Source of the DNA: Saccostrea cucullata
Lineage: Eukaryota
Reading direction: 5' to 3'
DNA length: 64,000 nt
Assembly (NCBI RefSeq): GCF_032062105.1
Contig: NW_026935471.1
Span: forward strand, 124,001-188,000
In this document: one piece after another, positions 1-14,180 of the stretch
Layout: each line of letters opens with the position of its first letter
How positions within the stretch are numbered: position 1 is the first letter of the stretch
Made by a program: the position numbers and the translations under genes
Notes under the pieces: model-generated
The model's input: only the letters and a program-made list of their open reading frames with translations
Told to the model about the DNA's origin: nothing
Database searches by the model: none

Positions 1-663
1 TGTATCTTAACCTTGCAAAGATGAATGAATTCAAGGTCGAGATGGTATTTTTCTGTATTTGCAAAGAAATTTTATGACATTTGAAGGGTAATAGCATCAT
101 AAAGGCATAAACAATTAAACATTTACATTGTGCTGACCATCCCATCTAAATTCAAAGTGAATTCTATTCTATCTTGTTTTAAGTCAATTTCTTCAGATAT
201 TTACCTCCCAAAAAAGAAGTTACCCAATTAGAATGTTTAAAAAATTACTGGCAGGATCGTAAGTGTACATTATACTGGCTAGCTGGAGACATGGCTCCCA
301 AAAATTTGAAAGAACTACATTTTTGCAAGTTATTATTTTTTTTATAAATGGCCATGAATTTTGTAAGAAAAAAAGGACAGTAACTTCTGCACCAATCATA
401 TCTTAAATTCACATGAACATTACTTGTGATAAGACCTTTCAGATGCATTATGAATTCTAACCTTACAACCTTGACATTTGACCTTAATTAGATTTTGATC
501 AACATATTGTCTGGTATTTTTGCACCAGAACATTTTAATTCAAATTTATATATGTACCCCAGTAACAGTGGTAGACAGACAAGATCAATTCACTTAAATA
601 AGACCCCAAACCTGGGGACAACAAATCTCTAAATTTGCTTGTAATTGTGATTTTCTATTTTAG

Positions 664-820
664 TCAGGAACTCTGATGGAGAAAAATACCTAGCCAGTCT
701 AAATGATGGAGAAACAGATAGAATTATGTCTGTATGTTGTTCTAAAATGGCTGAGGATGCTTTTGCAGTTGTCTCAGCTGGAGTTCAACTAAAGGTGTGG
801 ATAAAAACATCAGACTCCAG
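664..820 (+). CDS. Penultimate coding exon of a host gene; WD40-repeat-like segment (upstream exons lie outside the window)
   Basis: Acceptor ttttctattttag|664 and donor 820|gtaact. Open frame xRNSDGEKYLASLNDGETDRIMSVCCSKMAEDAFAVVSAGVQLKVWIKTSDS; the 'D-RIMSVCCS...VVSAG..LKVW' pattern fits a WD40 blade. Phase-2 end matches the next exon. Confidence 0.7.
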
Positions 821-1536
821 GTAACTTTGATGTTTATCAAGCATTTTATGTTTTTATATAAAAGAAAAAATAACAATAATTGTCTATCTCTAAAGGTAAT
901 TGTGCTTCTTCTCTTATTTTCCTGTGGTACATGTGCATGTATACATGATTTTTAAAAAAAAAATAATGTTGATTATGAATCATTCCTCATTTGGAAAGTT
1001 CTTGAAATTAGCAATGAAACTATTACTGTGATTATAAATGCATTTCCACTTCAGAGCTTAAAGTGCAAGTAACAAATCTTTTTTTAACTTTATTTTTGAA
1101 AAAGTGACTGCCAGGTTAAATTTTGCAAATTTTGTATGTCGTCTAAGCTTTAATAAGTACTCATGCAAATTTTTGACATCATCTTAAAATAAATGTAAGA
1201 ATTAAGAATTTGAACCTTGAAGCCAGTCTTATGCTGGTAGACATTTATGACACCCATTAATCTTTGTTTCAATTGCACATTTCTGATCATGCACATTTCT
1301 AAATGCTGTCTCACAAGTAAGTGTTTCAGTGTTTTAAGTTTGACTTGTGGGTTGGTCTTTGGCCCCTGGGGCACTATGTCTGCTCATTACACATGGCGCC
1401 TACCTAGCTCGTACACTTCTTCACTGACTATAGCTTCTTTGTATTTGGGAAGATGATCAAGTGGTTACATATCATCATGTGGTATTCCCAATTATATTCT
1501 ATTAATATGCCTTCATTATTTTTTATTGAAATTAAG

Positions 1537-1666
1537 GGGAGAGAGTAGGCTTGTACAAGGACTTGACATCACAAGGGCACGATCTTTATTGTTTCTGACT
1601 GATGAGTCGCTTCCTAGTTCTCAAGCCCCAGTTGTCTTGGGAACAATAGATCTTAGGGAAATCTGA
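1537..1666 (+). CDS. Terminal coding exon of the same WD40-like gene
   Basis: Acceptor after a T-rich tract (attaag|1537). Phase-compatible with 664-820 (AG+G=Arg), reading RGESRLVQGLDITRARSLLFLTDESLPSSQAPVVLGTIDLREI* (TGA 1664-1666). Followed by a CpG-poor AT-rich 3' UTR with AATAAA (e.g. 2239-2244). Confidence 0.6.
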
Positions 1667-4654
1667 GCTATTTTAACTTCATCAGGAATTTGATTTTTAT
1701 TGCTATACACTCATAAAATGATGGGCTTTGTATTTTCAGTTTAATGTGTGTATCCATCTGACCAATTTATAATATATATTTTTAAATGTGTTTAGTAGTT
1801 CAGTGTACTTTTATGTGAAATCCTGACCCTTTCTGTTAAACAGGATGTTCAATCCAATTATAAAATGATGAATTGGTTTCTGGGAGAATAATGTTTTCAT
1901 TCATATGTGTCATACTTATACAGATCAATTTTTAAAGGAAGGAATCAAGTCTGTGTCGTTTGGTTAAATTAGATATTTTTACAGAACAATTTTGTTTTAG
2001 TGTATCATTGAATTACTGGGCAACTTGAATATTTTAAATGATTCTTCAGCAAAGTTAGGGAAATATGTTACTTTGTTTCTCTTACATCTGTATTTTATTA
2101 TTGCCAAGAAAATTGTAGGTTAATTTATTTTGTTCATTTGGCTGTTTGCAAGTGCAGAAGGTTATACAATGTAAATCCCTACCATATGTTCAGGGTTATG
2201 GTTACATGAAAGTGTACCTTAAAAGAACGAAAAATAGAAATAAAGTCTCACCATTCGCATTTAAGCAATATGAGCTGCAACTTTGATGGCTGAATTTTCT
2301 GTTGCAAAATTATAAATAACTATTTCAGTGACAGAAAAGAGAACATTTATAAACTTCTGTTGTTCATGTTTGCATTGGAAGAACTATTTATAAGCTTTCT
2401 TTGAATCAAAATTACATACATGTCCTATACAATACTAATTTTTCTTTTGAAACAATGTAATGCTCTATTTTAGTCTTTTTGATCATTAAGGTTTTAAATT
2501 ACATACAAATTAATCATAATAACAAATTTTAACAGCAAAATAAAATTTTCAAAAATGCAGCTCATATTGCTTTAAGGCTATGGTATATTATATTATAACA
2601 CCATACAGTATTTTTTTCTGAACTGTACAAGATAGAAAATTCCATAGGTGATATTTCGATTACTTGTTCAAAACCAATTTTTCTTTCACTTATTCTCTGC
2701 CTAATATAAGGCATTTTTTGAGAGGGCATCGGGATAACTAACATTTAATATCACTAGCAATTTATTTTTAATAATTGGATCCTATATACATGTATGCCAT
2801 AAGAATATAAATCCAATCTATAAAGATTTTTACATGGGAAAATTTGCCCAATATATTAATTTGAAAAAAATTACTTGTATTTAAAATTCTCATATGTCTT
2901 TTACCTTTTATGTGCTTGTTTGTCAAGATTAAATAAATGTTTACTACAATTTTAAAATAAACTCTATTCAAGAAATGTAAATCCTTGTCTGTATAGGTAA
3001 AGTGCATATTTATACAACACTTATACTCATTCCATGTACTTTTGCAAAATTTGAAAAAAAAAATTTTAGTTTCAATCAAGTCAAAACATTAAGATGTCAG
3101 ACGTCTGTCAGAAGTTAAAATTTATTCATTAAACATTTATTTTTATTATTGAACCAGCTTTTATATCATTCTAACAGTTGATGAGTTGTCAAAGCCCTGT
3201 GAATCAGTGTTCATTCAGAGATATTCTTGAATGGTATCTAGACCCAAGTTTAGGATTAAATATGCTTTGAGTAAAAAAAAAACTTTTTTGAGGGCAATTG
3301 GTGAAATTAATTAAATTTAGTTGACATTTAATCACACAAGTTCATTTGATATAATGAAGTACGTACTACACATTTTAATAAAGTACCAGAATTTATGATA
3401 TCAATTTCCTCAAACATTTGTCAAAAAAGCTTAAACTTTATTCCTTTTTCATTGATTTTCATACTTGGTCTTTTAATTATTAATCTATTCAGATATCTAA
3501 TATTCTCTCAATTTAGACAACAGTTCAAGTCCCTCTTGTTGAGTGCATTTAAAATGTCATACATTGCAGTCTGAGTATATTTTAAACACAGCTATTGCAA
3601 GTCACTAGGCACTAGATGGTATTTCATTATTAAAATACACTACGAAATATAAAATGTACTGCGTCACATCATTTGAGTCAAATTATTCCATCAGCATCTG
3701 TATGAAGAACATTGATGACAAAATATAATTCAGTTTACTTGCTTGGAGAATTTTTGTACTAAGATGTGCACTAGGTGACATTTGCTACATGTGACTCATG
3801 TTTTGGAAATAACATTTAAGTGTTCTAAATTAGCAGGCACTGGTACCATATTGTGTCCTCCTTCAGACTATTGTCAATTCATTGTCATGTTCTATATCCT
3901 TAATGTATAAACTTGGTACATGCAAAACAAGATCAATCATAATCTATGTGTATTGCTTATCAAATATCTAAATTCACTTTAGATCACTGATTAATTTTAA
4001 AAGTAAACTTATAAAATTGTAAATCCCTTTAGAAACAGTATTGTAAAGAGTTTATCTATACCTGAACTTATTTTCCCTATAAATCTTCGGGAAATTCAGA
4101 AATATGAGGTTTTTCTGTGTCTTTTACAGTAACACCCAGTAGCAATGACTTTTATAGGACAAAAAATGTCTTTCTCAATTTAATTATAACACAGTTATGG
4201 CAACTGCGTATGTTTTAAAGCTATTATAAGTGTCTAGCTAGCTTTGCCAGACATTTACCGAAAATAAAGGATGTTATTTACACCTCTGGAAAGGCATTTT
4301 TTTTCTATATAAAAAATGCCATTATAAAAAAGATTGTGTGCACGTTGAACTGTTACAAGTTAACCATCTATTTTAAAACTGAAATACTGCAAAATTATAT
4401 CTAGTGAGGGTCTTAATGTGAACTCTCCTTAAATAGATACATTATAAATCTGAAGACAGTACATTTTCAGCTGTATTAATTACCTTATTTATTGCATTAA
4501 GAGAATGATAAATTACATTTTTTAGGTAAAGATAATCTTTTATGTATCTAATAGCAGGAAATGAGCAATTGTTCAGACCTCATCATTTAAAGATGTGGTT
4601 ACACTGTAAACTTCAGACTCAAATAAACTGATATTTCTAAGAAAATTGTTTAAA

Positions 4655-6050
4655 ATGGCTTCCATGAAATAATATCACAAATAATGCATCTAAAATCAAA
4701 ATAAAGAGAAAAACAATTTTCTGCTTGTTTATTGGCATTCCAAGTGCATATATAAAATATAGATTTCAAGATATTTTTTTTTTCAAAGTAATTAAAACAG
4801 ATTGACAGATGACTTCCATGAAATAATATCACAATTAATGCATGCATATATAAAATATAGATTTAAAATCAAAATTAAGGTAGATGCAATATTTATATTT
4901 TAAAAAATACTATAAATATATGAAAGACTTTTTTCTTTTGGTATCCTTTGGTTTGTTTGTTTATGTTGAAGATATTCTTTGAAATGATGAAGATATTTGG
5001 TTTGTTCTTTGAATGAGATGAAGATATTTGGCTTATTCATATATAAAATATAGATTTGAAGACATTTGATTTGTTTTTTTTTTTCAGAAGTAATTAAAGT
5101 TATTTGGTTTGTTTGTTCTTTGAATGTGATGAAGATATTTGATTTGTTTGTTCTTTCAATGATATCCTGATGACATTTGATATCCTATGCAATATTTATA
5201 TTTTAAATAATATACTATAAATATATGAAAGACTTTTCTGTCTTTTGGTATCCTTTGGTTTGTTTGTTCTTTGAATGTGATGAAGATATTTGGTTTGTTT
5301 GTTCTTTGAATATGATGAAGATATTTGGTTTGTTTGTTCTTTGAATGTGATGAAGATATTTGGTTTGTTTGTTCTTTGAATGTAATGAAGATATTTTGTT
5401 GTTTGAATTCATTGAATGTGACATGAAGATATTTGGATATTTGTTTGCTTATTCTTTGGATATTTGAATGTTTTGATGAAGATATCTGGTTTGTTTGTTC
5501 TTTGAATGTAATGAAGACATTTGGTTTGTTTGTTCTTTGAATGTGATGAAGATATTTGGTTTGTTTGTTCTTTGAATTTGTTTGATTCTTTTCTTTCAGT
5601 TTGTGTATGACTGATGATATCTTATTTTGGATATTCTGTAAATATTTGGTTTGTTTGTTCTTTGAATGTGATGAAGATATTTGGTTTGTTTGTTCTTTGA
5701 ATGTGATGAAGATATTTGGTTTGTTTGTTCTTTGAATGTGATGAAGATATTTGGTTTGTTTGTTCTTTGAATGTGATGAAGATATTTGGTTTGTTCATTG
5801 AATGTGATGAAGATATTTGGTTTGTTTGTTCTTTAAATGTGATGAAGATATTTGGTTTGTTTGTTCTTTGAATGTGATGAAGACATTTGTTTTGCTTATT
5901 CTTTGAATGTGATGAAGATATTTTGTTTATATTTGAATGTCATGAAGATATTTGGTTTATCAGCTCTTTGAATGCCATAAAGGTGTTTGATTTGTTTATT
6001 CTTTGAATGCCATGATTATATATGGTTTGTTTATTCTTTGAATGTCATGA
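4655..6050. repeat. 35-bp minisatellite (GATATTTGGTTTGTTTGTTCTTTGAATGTGATGAA) preceded by local duplications
   Basis: Unit recurs at exact 35-nt spacing (5676, 5711, 5746) and degenerates at both edges. The left part contains duplicated blocks (cttccatgaaataatatcacaa near 4659 and 4813; ~4885-4965 repeated at ~5187-5270). Confidence 0.95.
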
Positions 6051-9000
6051 ATCCCGTTATGCAGAAATTACCTCACCTCTCCAACTGTCGTTGATGTCCC
6101 TGGCATACCCAACAAACTAGAGGGTAATTCCTTATATGTTCATTTAATTCTGAAATAAAATCGTAGATGCCTAATAGGTTTTTATCACATGAGGCCTCCA
6201 ATGTCAATTTTAAAAGTCCCGCCTACAGACATCAGACATTAAGGCAGACGCACTAGATTGACGTGCGTATAAGGCCTCCTTAGCTCCTGACATTTTTCTT
6301 GGCGAAATTTACATTCCGGTAGATTTATCAAGAAATAAACTCAACTAACAGTAAAAAAAAAATAAATAGAAATGGAAAATTTAGGTTAATTAAACTCCTC
6401 TCTTTTGTAAAAATACCTTATTTACTAATTTATTAATTAAGCTTCATATGTTTTTTTTTTTAAATAAATTTTATTTAAGTTATTGACCCCCTAAACAGAA
6501 TATTTATTGATATATTCTTGACGTCTGTATTTAAATGACAGAAAAGATTTCCTATAACTGTAGAAGATATACGTCAGCAAAAGATGAAAAAGAACTGTTG
6601 ATGTCCTTCAGAATATATACTTAGAGTAATTAAGATACTGGTGTGAGGCAAGCACTGGCGTGGTACCATTGAAGCCTACAAGAGGCGGAAAAGCCATTTT
6701 TTCTGGTTATAATGTATATTTGTAAAATGTTAATGAAATGTCAAGATTCCTTCTCAGGACTTTAATCTCCAAATAAAAGTATTATTATAAACCAAAAGGT
6801 CGTAAATAATTCAACAAATTGGTTATAATAAAAGGTCCGTATCATTCAGGGATATTTAAGACCAAAACGCAGACTTGAAAGGTAGAAATTATCTAGTCAA
6901 TTCATGCTTACGCAAAAATTGTCGTAGTTTGATTAATAAGCATTTTTTCTGATTTACTGAAAATGACCAATATGCACTTGTTCTCTTTATTTCCTGTTAA
7001 AGGCATCAGAACAAATATTGACAAGAATTTATGGCTGGTGTCATAATTTTTTAACATCCCCGCTGTTTAAAAATAAACTTTCAGCAGTGGCACTGTTACA
7101 ATACTTTTATCTGAAAGGTTTCAATATATTAGCAATATATGCTTTTTTTCATTGCGACAATTGATCACACACCTATTCTCTTTAGAGCAGTGAAAAGGCT
7201 TTAGCTTTATTTAGCTAAATTCTGTCATTTTCTCTAAAGGGAATAATGATGGACCAAATTAAGGAGTACTCAGTAGCATGAGAGAGAACAAGGAAACCAA
7301 TTGGTTATCATGCAAAAATATAAAGATTTGAAAGACAAGCAAACGTTTGAGCGTTTGATTACTAGAAAAAGCAAGGAATCTGATTTACTTGAAACAGAAA
7401 ATAGTATTTTCACACCCAGCCAGCAAACAATAAAAAACTTTTTAGTCAGTTTGTACCCCTGTTCAAATTGTGTCCTTGTGCAAGGCCTTGAAAGAGTGTT
7501 AATGCCCTAAAACACACAAACAAAAACATTCCGCTCCCAAATTATGGTCTGAAAATAACAACCATTAATTATGATCGTAAAACATAGCAAAGCCTTTTGA
7601 GACAAAAGTGATCATCTTTGAAGACGATTGGGTCGGAGCAACATCCTCTAGAGCAGACGACAATCAACCAACCGTGTCTGGTCGGCGACCCGCCCTATCT
7701 CGACTTCTGCAATTACAACTGAGAGCAATGAACAGGGGAGGTCATCAGACGCTCTCAAGGTTACCAGTCTGGCTACATGCTGTAAATCACACATTTTAAA
7801 TAAGATAAGAACATTTTATTTTCGGGAGGGTGAGAAACCCGATATGTTTATGGTCACAAAATCAATGGAGCATGAAGGAACATGTACATGTAGAGTAAAA
7901 GTGGATTTCGATGCTTAACCTTCGAGTACTGACGATGATGTAACCTATCTGAACCACTCTTATACAACTGAAGACCTACATCTTTGCAATGAGATTGCAG
8001 TTTATCATTTGTCTATTCAATGTAACATCAAACATTTACTAGGTTTGTCCCTCAGGGTGAGGTGAGACGAGGAGAACATGCAAGCGGTGATGAATGGACA
8101 AAGATACTCCCGTCCTTGGGACTACCTTGCTTCATTTATTTTCCCACTTCCTCTCTCGTGCGGGCATGCTATTTTTCCGGTGTCTTTTGATGCTATACTT
8201 CTTTTTCTGGCCTTGCTCCTGATTATTGATCCGCCGGAGAACTGTTCACTAAGAAGATGGTGAACGACTTTTATGTACGTCACTATACTACAATCGAGGT
8301 GAACGATCTCGGTTTGCTTTAACACGGTTTATTACATAGGGTTACTTTTCAAGCCTCGAAATTGGTTCCTTAATACGCCATTTGATTCTCTTAAAACAGA
8401 AACAGAGAGTTACACTTGTACCATACTAATTTGCTTGTCTAGCAAGTTAATTTCTTTTAAAATTGATGTGATAAAAAATACCACACCTTTCAACATCTTT
8501 AATCATTCCTACGCAAATAGCTTGTGCTTATTGGATATGTTTGAATAATAATTATGATTTCAGTGGACCTATGTACAGATGTCAAAATCGTAAAACATGA
8601 AACCTGTTTCTATTTTTGACTCCGCTGTCAATGGAGAAGCAACTGAATTAACCCAGTTTTTCAAGAGTAAAAGTGCACGTTTGATGTAGCATGAAGGAAA
8701 AAAAAATCAGCCAATCTAATTACTGTTCTCAATTTAGATATCCCCTTTCCCCTCCATCGCTCAGGTAATGATTGAATGGCTTTTGAATTGGGTGGGTTAA
8801 GGATTCTTTTCTTGTCTACTTAGCTTAAACACACAGAAAAGAAAACATGACTTTAAAATCATAGATTTTATAAATATTGGGAAATGTAATGTGACATATT
8901 CGGAAACATATAACGAATGACTGTATTAGCCATTGGAATCGAACAGGATCCCATGATGTCACTGCCCTTGATATTAAATTAGTTATTTTTTCAAGATCGC

Positions 9001-9483
9001 GATTAAGCCTCGCCTTTTTGGTCGGTGACATTGCGGGAATTTGTTACAACGTGATTGCCGGCTTGTACCAAGCTAAGACAAAGGATTTTACAACCCGAAC
9101 TTAAATGAACCCTGTCTATAATTAAAAGTTCCGTAGAGCTCTCTTATTCATGTTTTCTAAGCCCTCTGAATAAGCGCAGTACAAATCTAATCTAATTATA
9201 TTTTTTATCTTTCATAATCCATTTCTATCAATCGGGCACAGCATAAATATTTTTTATATAATACATTCTTTGTTTACTGCAAGAATTGAAAAAAGGAGGT
9301 TATTAAGATAAAGAATGGACTGAAACACATCTAAAATTTATATGAATTATTTTAAAAGTCGGTTTAAAATGAGTTCTAGTTCATATATATGTAAAATTCG
9401 GTGATTCAGAATATAGATCTACAACCATCCCTTTATTATTTTGAGGACATGAAAAAAGATGCTGAAGTGTCAGCTGTAGGCTT

Positions 9484-9486
<3 letters not shown>

Positions 9487-9525
<39 letters not shown>
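9487..9525. repeat. (GA)n microsatellite
   Basis: Directly visible; source of the REREREK and LSLSLS pseudo-ORFs. Confidence 0.97.
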
Positions 9526-9529
<4 letters not shown>

Positions 9530-12500
9530 GGAGTTTATATTCTTTCAAAGAAATTGTCTTCATTTAGCCCAATTGGTACGCAGATCTTAGCCTTCCATTT
9601 ATAATCACAAATCAAGGTATGACACATCGCCTTTGTATGAAAGTACAATGTAATTCCCTTTTTGTGGTTTCAAAAAGAAGAACAAAGCAAAAAAAGGTGT
9701 GCCTATACAAGGAAAATAACCTTGAGCTTTGAGGAACGACTTTGACTTGCCTTCTGATGAGGAATAACTTCGTGCAATAGACTGCATTAATTGTCTCTTT
9801 CAGAGTGTTTGGTTTTAGTGATACAATTTAGTAGACAAAAAACAAAACATTTTACATGTAGTTTTGTACTAGTGTATGAGTGTTGTAAGGGCTTTTTGCA
9901 AGGTTGTGCAGTGTATCAAATTGCTGTTTCTTGTCCATAGTCATCTAAGGGGACGCGTTATTTTTGTGCTGTTAGAGGATTTCATTGTATAATATTGCTC
10001 ACGTAATCTAACTAAAACTGCAAACTAAATGTGTCAACTGTTTCAGGTATATCCATTCTGACGCCAGGCAGGTTAAGCCCTCGTATTATCCCAGGCTTAC
10101 CAAACCTCCGCGGCACTCGGATGTCGAATCCGACCTGGAAAGTAGCGAATCGGGATCGGATGACACCATCGCTGACGAACCGAGTGCAGAGAGTCAATCC
10201 TGGACGTCATGGTGTACGATTCTGTAGACAGATATAACTTTACCGGTCATAAAGGAGATTGTTATTTAGCCTTGATCTGCTTCCTTATTTGGGGTTTCTA
10301 TTAATGAAGGGATAAATAAACTCATCAATTTTACATTTTACAGGTGTAGGTCATTCAAGTAGCAAATTAATTTTAGAGCTGAAGCGAAACAACAGCTAAA
10401 ATACAGGGAAATGGTGAATCCTTTTCTCTGATTTCAACATGGTTTGGATTCGGGAAGAATTATATAAATTTCTTTCATCCACTGTTAAATATTCATATAG
10501 GATGATCGTGGTCCTGTGTTTTCCTTAGTTTTGTCTGACTTCGCCTCCTCAAAGGACCAGGATATGGCTTTGTCGTGGGAGTGCAGTATCTGCTGCTAAA
10601 CAATCCAATCCTTCCAGATTCTGTCCCGTTTAGGCAGTGCATTCAAATGTTTGTCAAACTACTTATCCCTTTTCAAAAGACAAGATATACTGTATGTGCC
10701 ATTTAATCCATGCTATTGTCTCTTACGGTGTCAAGATTGCTTTAATATTAAATACGAATAACTTATCAAAATTCAGTTGTCAATTTTTATTCCCTCTCGA
10801 TTTTTTGACTTTGAAATGTGATCCCACTGATGTCTCAGAGTCATGCATTTGTTAAGTGTCCTTGTATGCATTCTTAATAAATTGACACAAACACCTATAG
10901 AAAATAAATAATCTAATGGGTACTTTACAAAGTAAGTGACTACGTACATGTATAGTGGAATTAATTAAAAAAAACTACAGAAACTGAAATTGGACAAAAA
11001 GATTGCATTGCCTTAATTAGTATTTTGTTTGTAGCCTCGACCTCGTTGCGATAAGATCAAAGTATTTGACCGTGGGGGAATCACATCGGTGGCGTTGGGG
11101 TCGTATGAATTAAAGGATTGTACGAGGGATTTAAGTAATTGGTAATGTCAAAATTTCATTCATTTCTGTGATCAATAGGAATTCTATAGTAGATCCAATA
11201 ATGACCTCGGTATCCGATTATCAAGGTTTCCTGTAACGATGCTCCTTAAAAACTCAGACTTGAAAAATATCGATATCTTGCAAATTATGGCGGTAATTCT
11301 ACTGTGAATTGGAAAAAAAAGGAAGACTTCGTCTTTGACAAACCAATGGCAATGAAATAACTTTCAAATAATAAAAATTTGCTTTTTAAAGTGCATCACG
11401 TCATGGTAATATTGAACACAGCAAACTCGATTTAAGGCTGTAGGTGTTTAAATGACTCTCTTTTTTTTCCTCTGTGATCCCGCAAGAGATAAACAAAATT
11501 GTTTTGTTGGTCACGATAAAAGTGCAGATCTCAAAAGAAAAAACATGTTAATTTCAGTTAATTATAATGTAAAGCGTTTTGTAATTTTAAAGGACACGGA
11601 TTGGCCTAGCCTATTTTTAACGTGATTAATTATTCTCTGTCTTATAAAACATCTCTTTCTTGATCTCAATTTATTTTTAACTGGCATGAAATTTCTGAAG
11701 CTTGTCTGAAAAACAAGATCTGCAGCAAGACGCAGAAAAAAATGCAACGCCTTAAAAGACAAAGAAAAGATATTCGTATATATAAAAAAAAAGTAATTAA
11801 AAAAGTATGAAAATCTGAACAAGGAAATTCATTCGATTCTGTCTTGTATCTATTTTTAATGAAGCTTCCTCCTTGACCCAGATGTGAAGGTTTACCTCGG
11901 TGTGAACGCGTTACAGTTATGACGGAAATTAATCACAAGTCAAGATGAGAGAAGACTTCTGAATCATTTAAGTTAAAACGGAAAGTACTGAATGATGATT
12001 TTTAAACTCATATATAATTTAGGAGGAAAACCAGCCATGTATAAATGTTCGATGAATGTCCTTGTATTTGCACGCACATCATCATCATCATGACTGTAAA
12101 CGTGTATATAGCAATTTGAAAAATCTGGATTGTTAAGGATGTGTTCGGAATTTCAGAAGAATTGACATATAAGATAGACAATTTCCTGAAAAAGGTCACA
12201 TTTTAGAATCAACGCTCGTTAGCTTTTTCACACTGTTTTGATTTGTCAAATTTGCATTTTGAACCTAAATTAGTTATTTGCAATTTTAAAAGTAAGCCTT
12301 GAAGTTGTTTGAACAACATTTTCCCCGCAATTTTGCATGTTTCTTGACCTAGAGGCCCTTTGAGGCAAGTTTAATTATAAATTTTGGTAGATAGTGATGT
12401 TACCTAAAACTGTTGCAGTCAAGTATATATGTTTTGGATTTACAACAGCAATAGAACTCGGCTAATTTCCCTACACACTAAGATATAAATATAGTATTCT

Positions 12501-13607
12501 GCATTCCATCTCTTAAAAATGATATCCATTGAGCTTGATACTTAACAACCGTTAGCTCCTTGGCGTACAAATTGTAATAAAACCTCCTTATGGCTCTGAC
12601 CGATTTTATTTCAGCGAGGAGTGTTTTGCAGCAAAAATTCTGCAGATCATTAGACACGGAACATGATAACTGTATTAAGAAGAGGTATTGATCTCCAGGG
12701 AAGAGCTGGGAGATATATACTTCTATACACGGAAAATCGGACCGTATTGTAAGAAGTTAAGCCCACATATAAGAGCTGGTTTCCGGGTGATGTTTTTGAT
12801 GAAGAGGCTACTAGAACTGTCATATAGGTCAATGGATGTTGGGTTCTAGGAGTTCGCAGAATTTTCTTAAAACAAATCACGCCTCAAGGTCCCTGATTTA
12901 TATGACCGTGAATAATTACCAAACCATATGAATGCTTGTTAGACAGTTTCATTGAAATGTATCTTTTTATCTTGGAAAATCATTTAAAACTTGATCGATG
13001 CCGTTTGCATAAGGTTTATTTATTGAGACTTGTAACTATTTTCGTCTGTTATGTATTATATTGGCGGGTTTGCTGACGTCAATCTCTGAATTCGTTCTTC
13101 GGATTGATTCTGCAGACGATTATGACTTGGTGACTTCAAGATTTCTATCTTAATTAAAACCTAGAATAGATTCTAGCCATTGTTCTTGATGTACATAAAT
13201 ATACATATATATATTATCTATATGTGTACCGATAAAGTAAAAGAAATGGGTTAGAATACGGTTTAATTGGTACTAAAGGTTTTTGTATTGTTCCTATAAT
13301 TTTTAAGAACATGATGATGCATTCTGATTAAAGTCTTGTTCATGGGTACTGCTTTGTTTGAGAATACTTTTGTGACAATGTGGTTTTTATTATCAATGTT
13401 TCTTTCTTTAACACGTAAATTTAAAAAAAAAAAAAGAAAAGCACAATTTAAGTGATATTCCTTTTCTTAACCTCTCTCACTTGTATCTAGGATTTGACTT
13501 ACATTTTCTAGATGAGTGACAAGGTTAGAATTTTTTTTGGAACAGACACTTTCCATTTTATATTTAAAACTGCAATATTAATGCATGAATACTCTCCAAC
13601 TTGCTAA

Positions 13608-14180
13608 AGAACTATATGCGGTATATTGCATATGTTTGCCCCCACAAAAGTCAAATTTTGAAAACTTCCTGAAATGTGCTGAATTCAATAAATTGTACAA
13701 GAAATATAAGTGAACAGAAAATATTATAGTTCCAGAGCAGTGTATTCACAATTTCTGTTTTTATGACGTCACAAACTAGTCCGATTTTATATCCTTTTTC
13801 AGAAAGAGGACAAAATGGACAAAATTTCAACAATTTAAGCTTTAGAATATATAGAGCGCATGTGTGTTCAGGAACAATATTGACATATTTCATTGATATT
13901 ATCATTCTACACATTATATCAAAATATTAATCCTGAACACACATGCGCTCGGTGACTTTTATTTAAAATATCGACGAAATATGTACATTTTTCTGCAAAA
14001 TTCATAAAAAAACTGAAATTTACGTCATATTTGTAACGTCATTACGTACATATGACGTCATTACTTATGAAATTATTCAGTCCTTTGAAGTGCATATACT
14101 GTTTAAGGACTTAATTAAATATTACTCCATCAAAGTTTGATTTTGGGGGGCAAATGTTGGTTAATACCGCATATAGTTCT
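13608..14180. mobile_element. Foldback MITE (~573 bp), possibly Kolobok-type non-autonomous
   Basis: Termini agaactatatgcggtat / ataccgcatatagttct are inverted. Further inverted blocks: tttgccccc / gggggcaaa and gagcgcatgtgtgttcagga / tcctgaacacacatgcgctc. Flanks ctaa|...|ttgg resemble a decayed TTAA. It interrupts a degenerate HINE-like repeat whose 3' end (caggtga...ggccccgggcc) lies near 14461-14487. Confidence 0.8.

Noticed and set aside
5240-5900. 35-bp repeats as a CRISPR array
   Set aside because: Units are directly head-to-tail with no unique spacers, there are no cas genes, and the context is eukaryotic.
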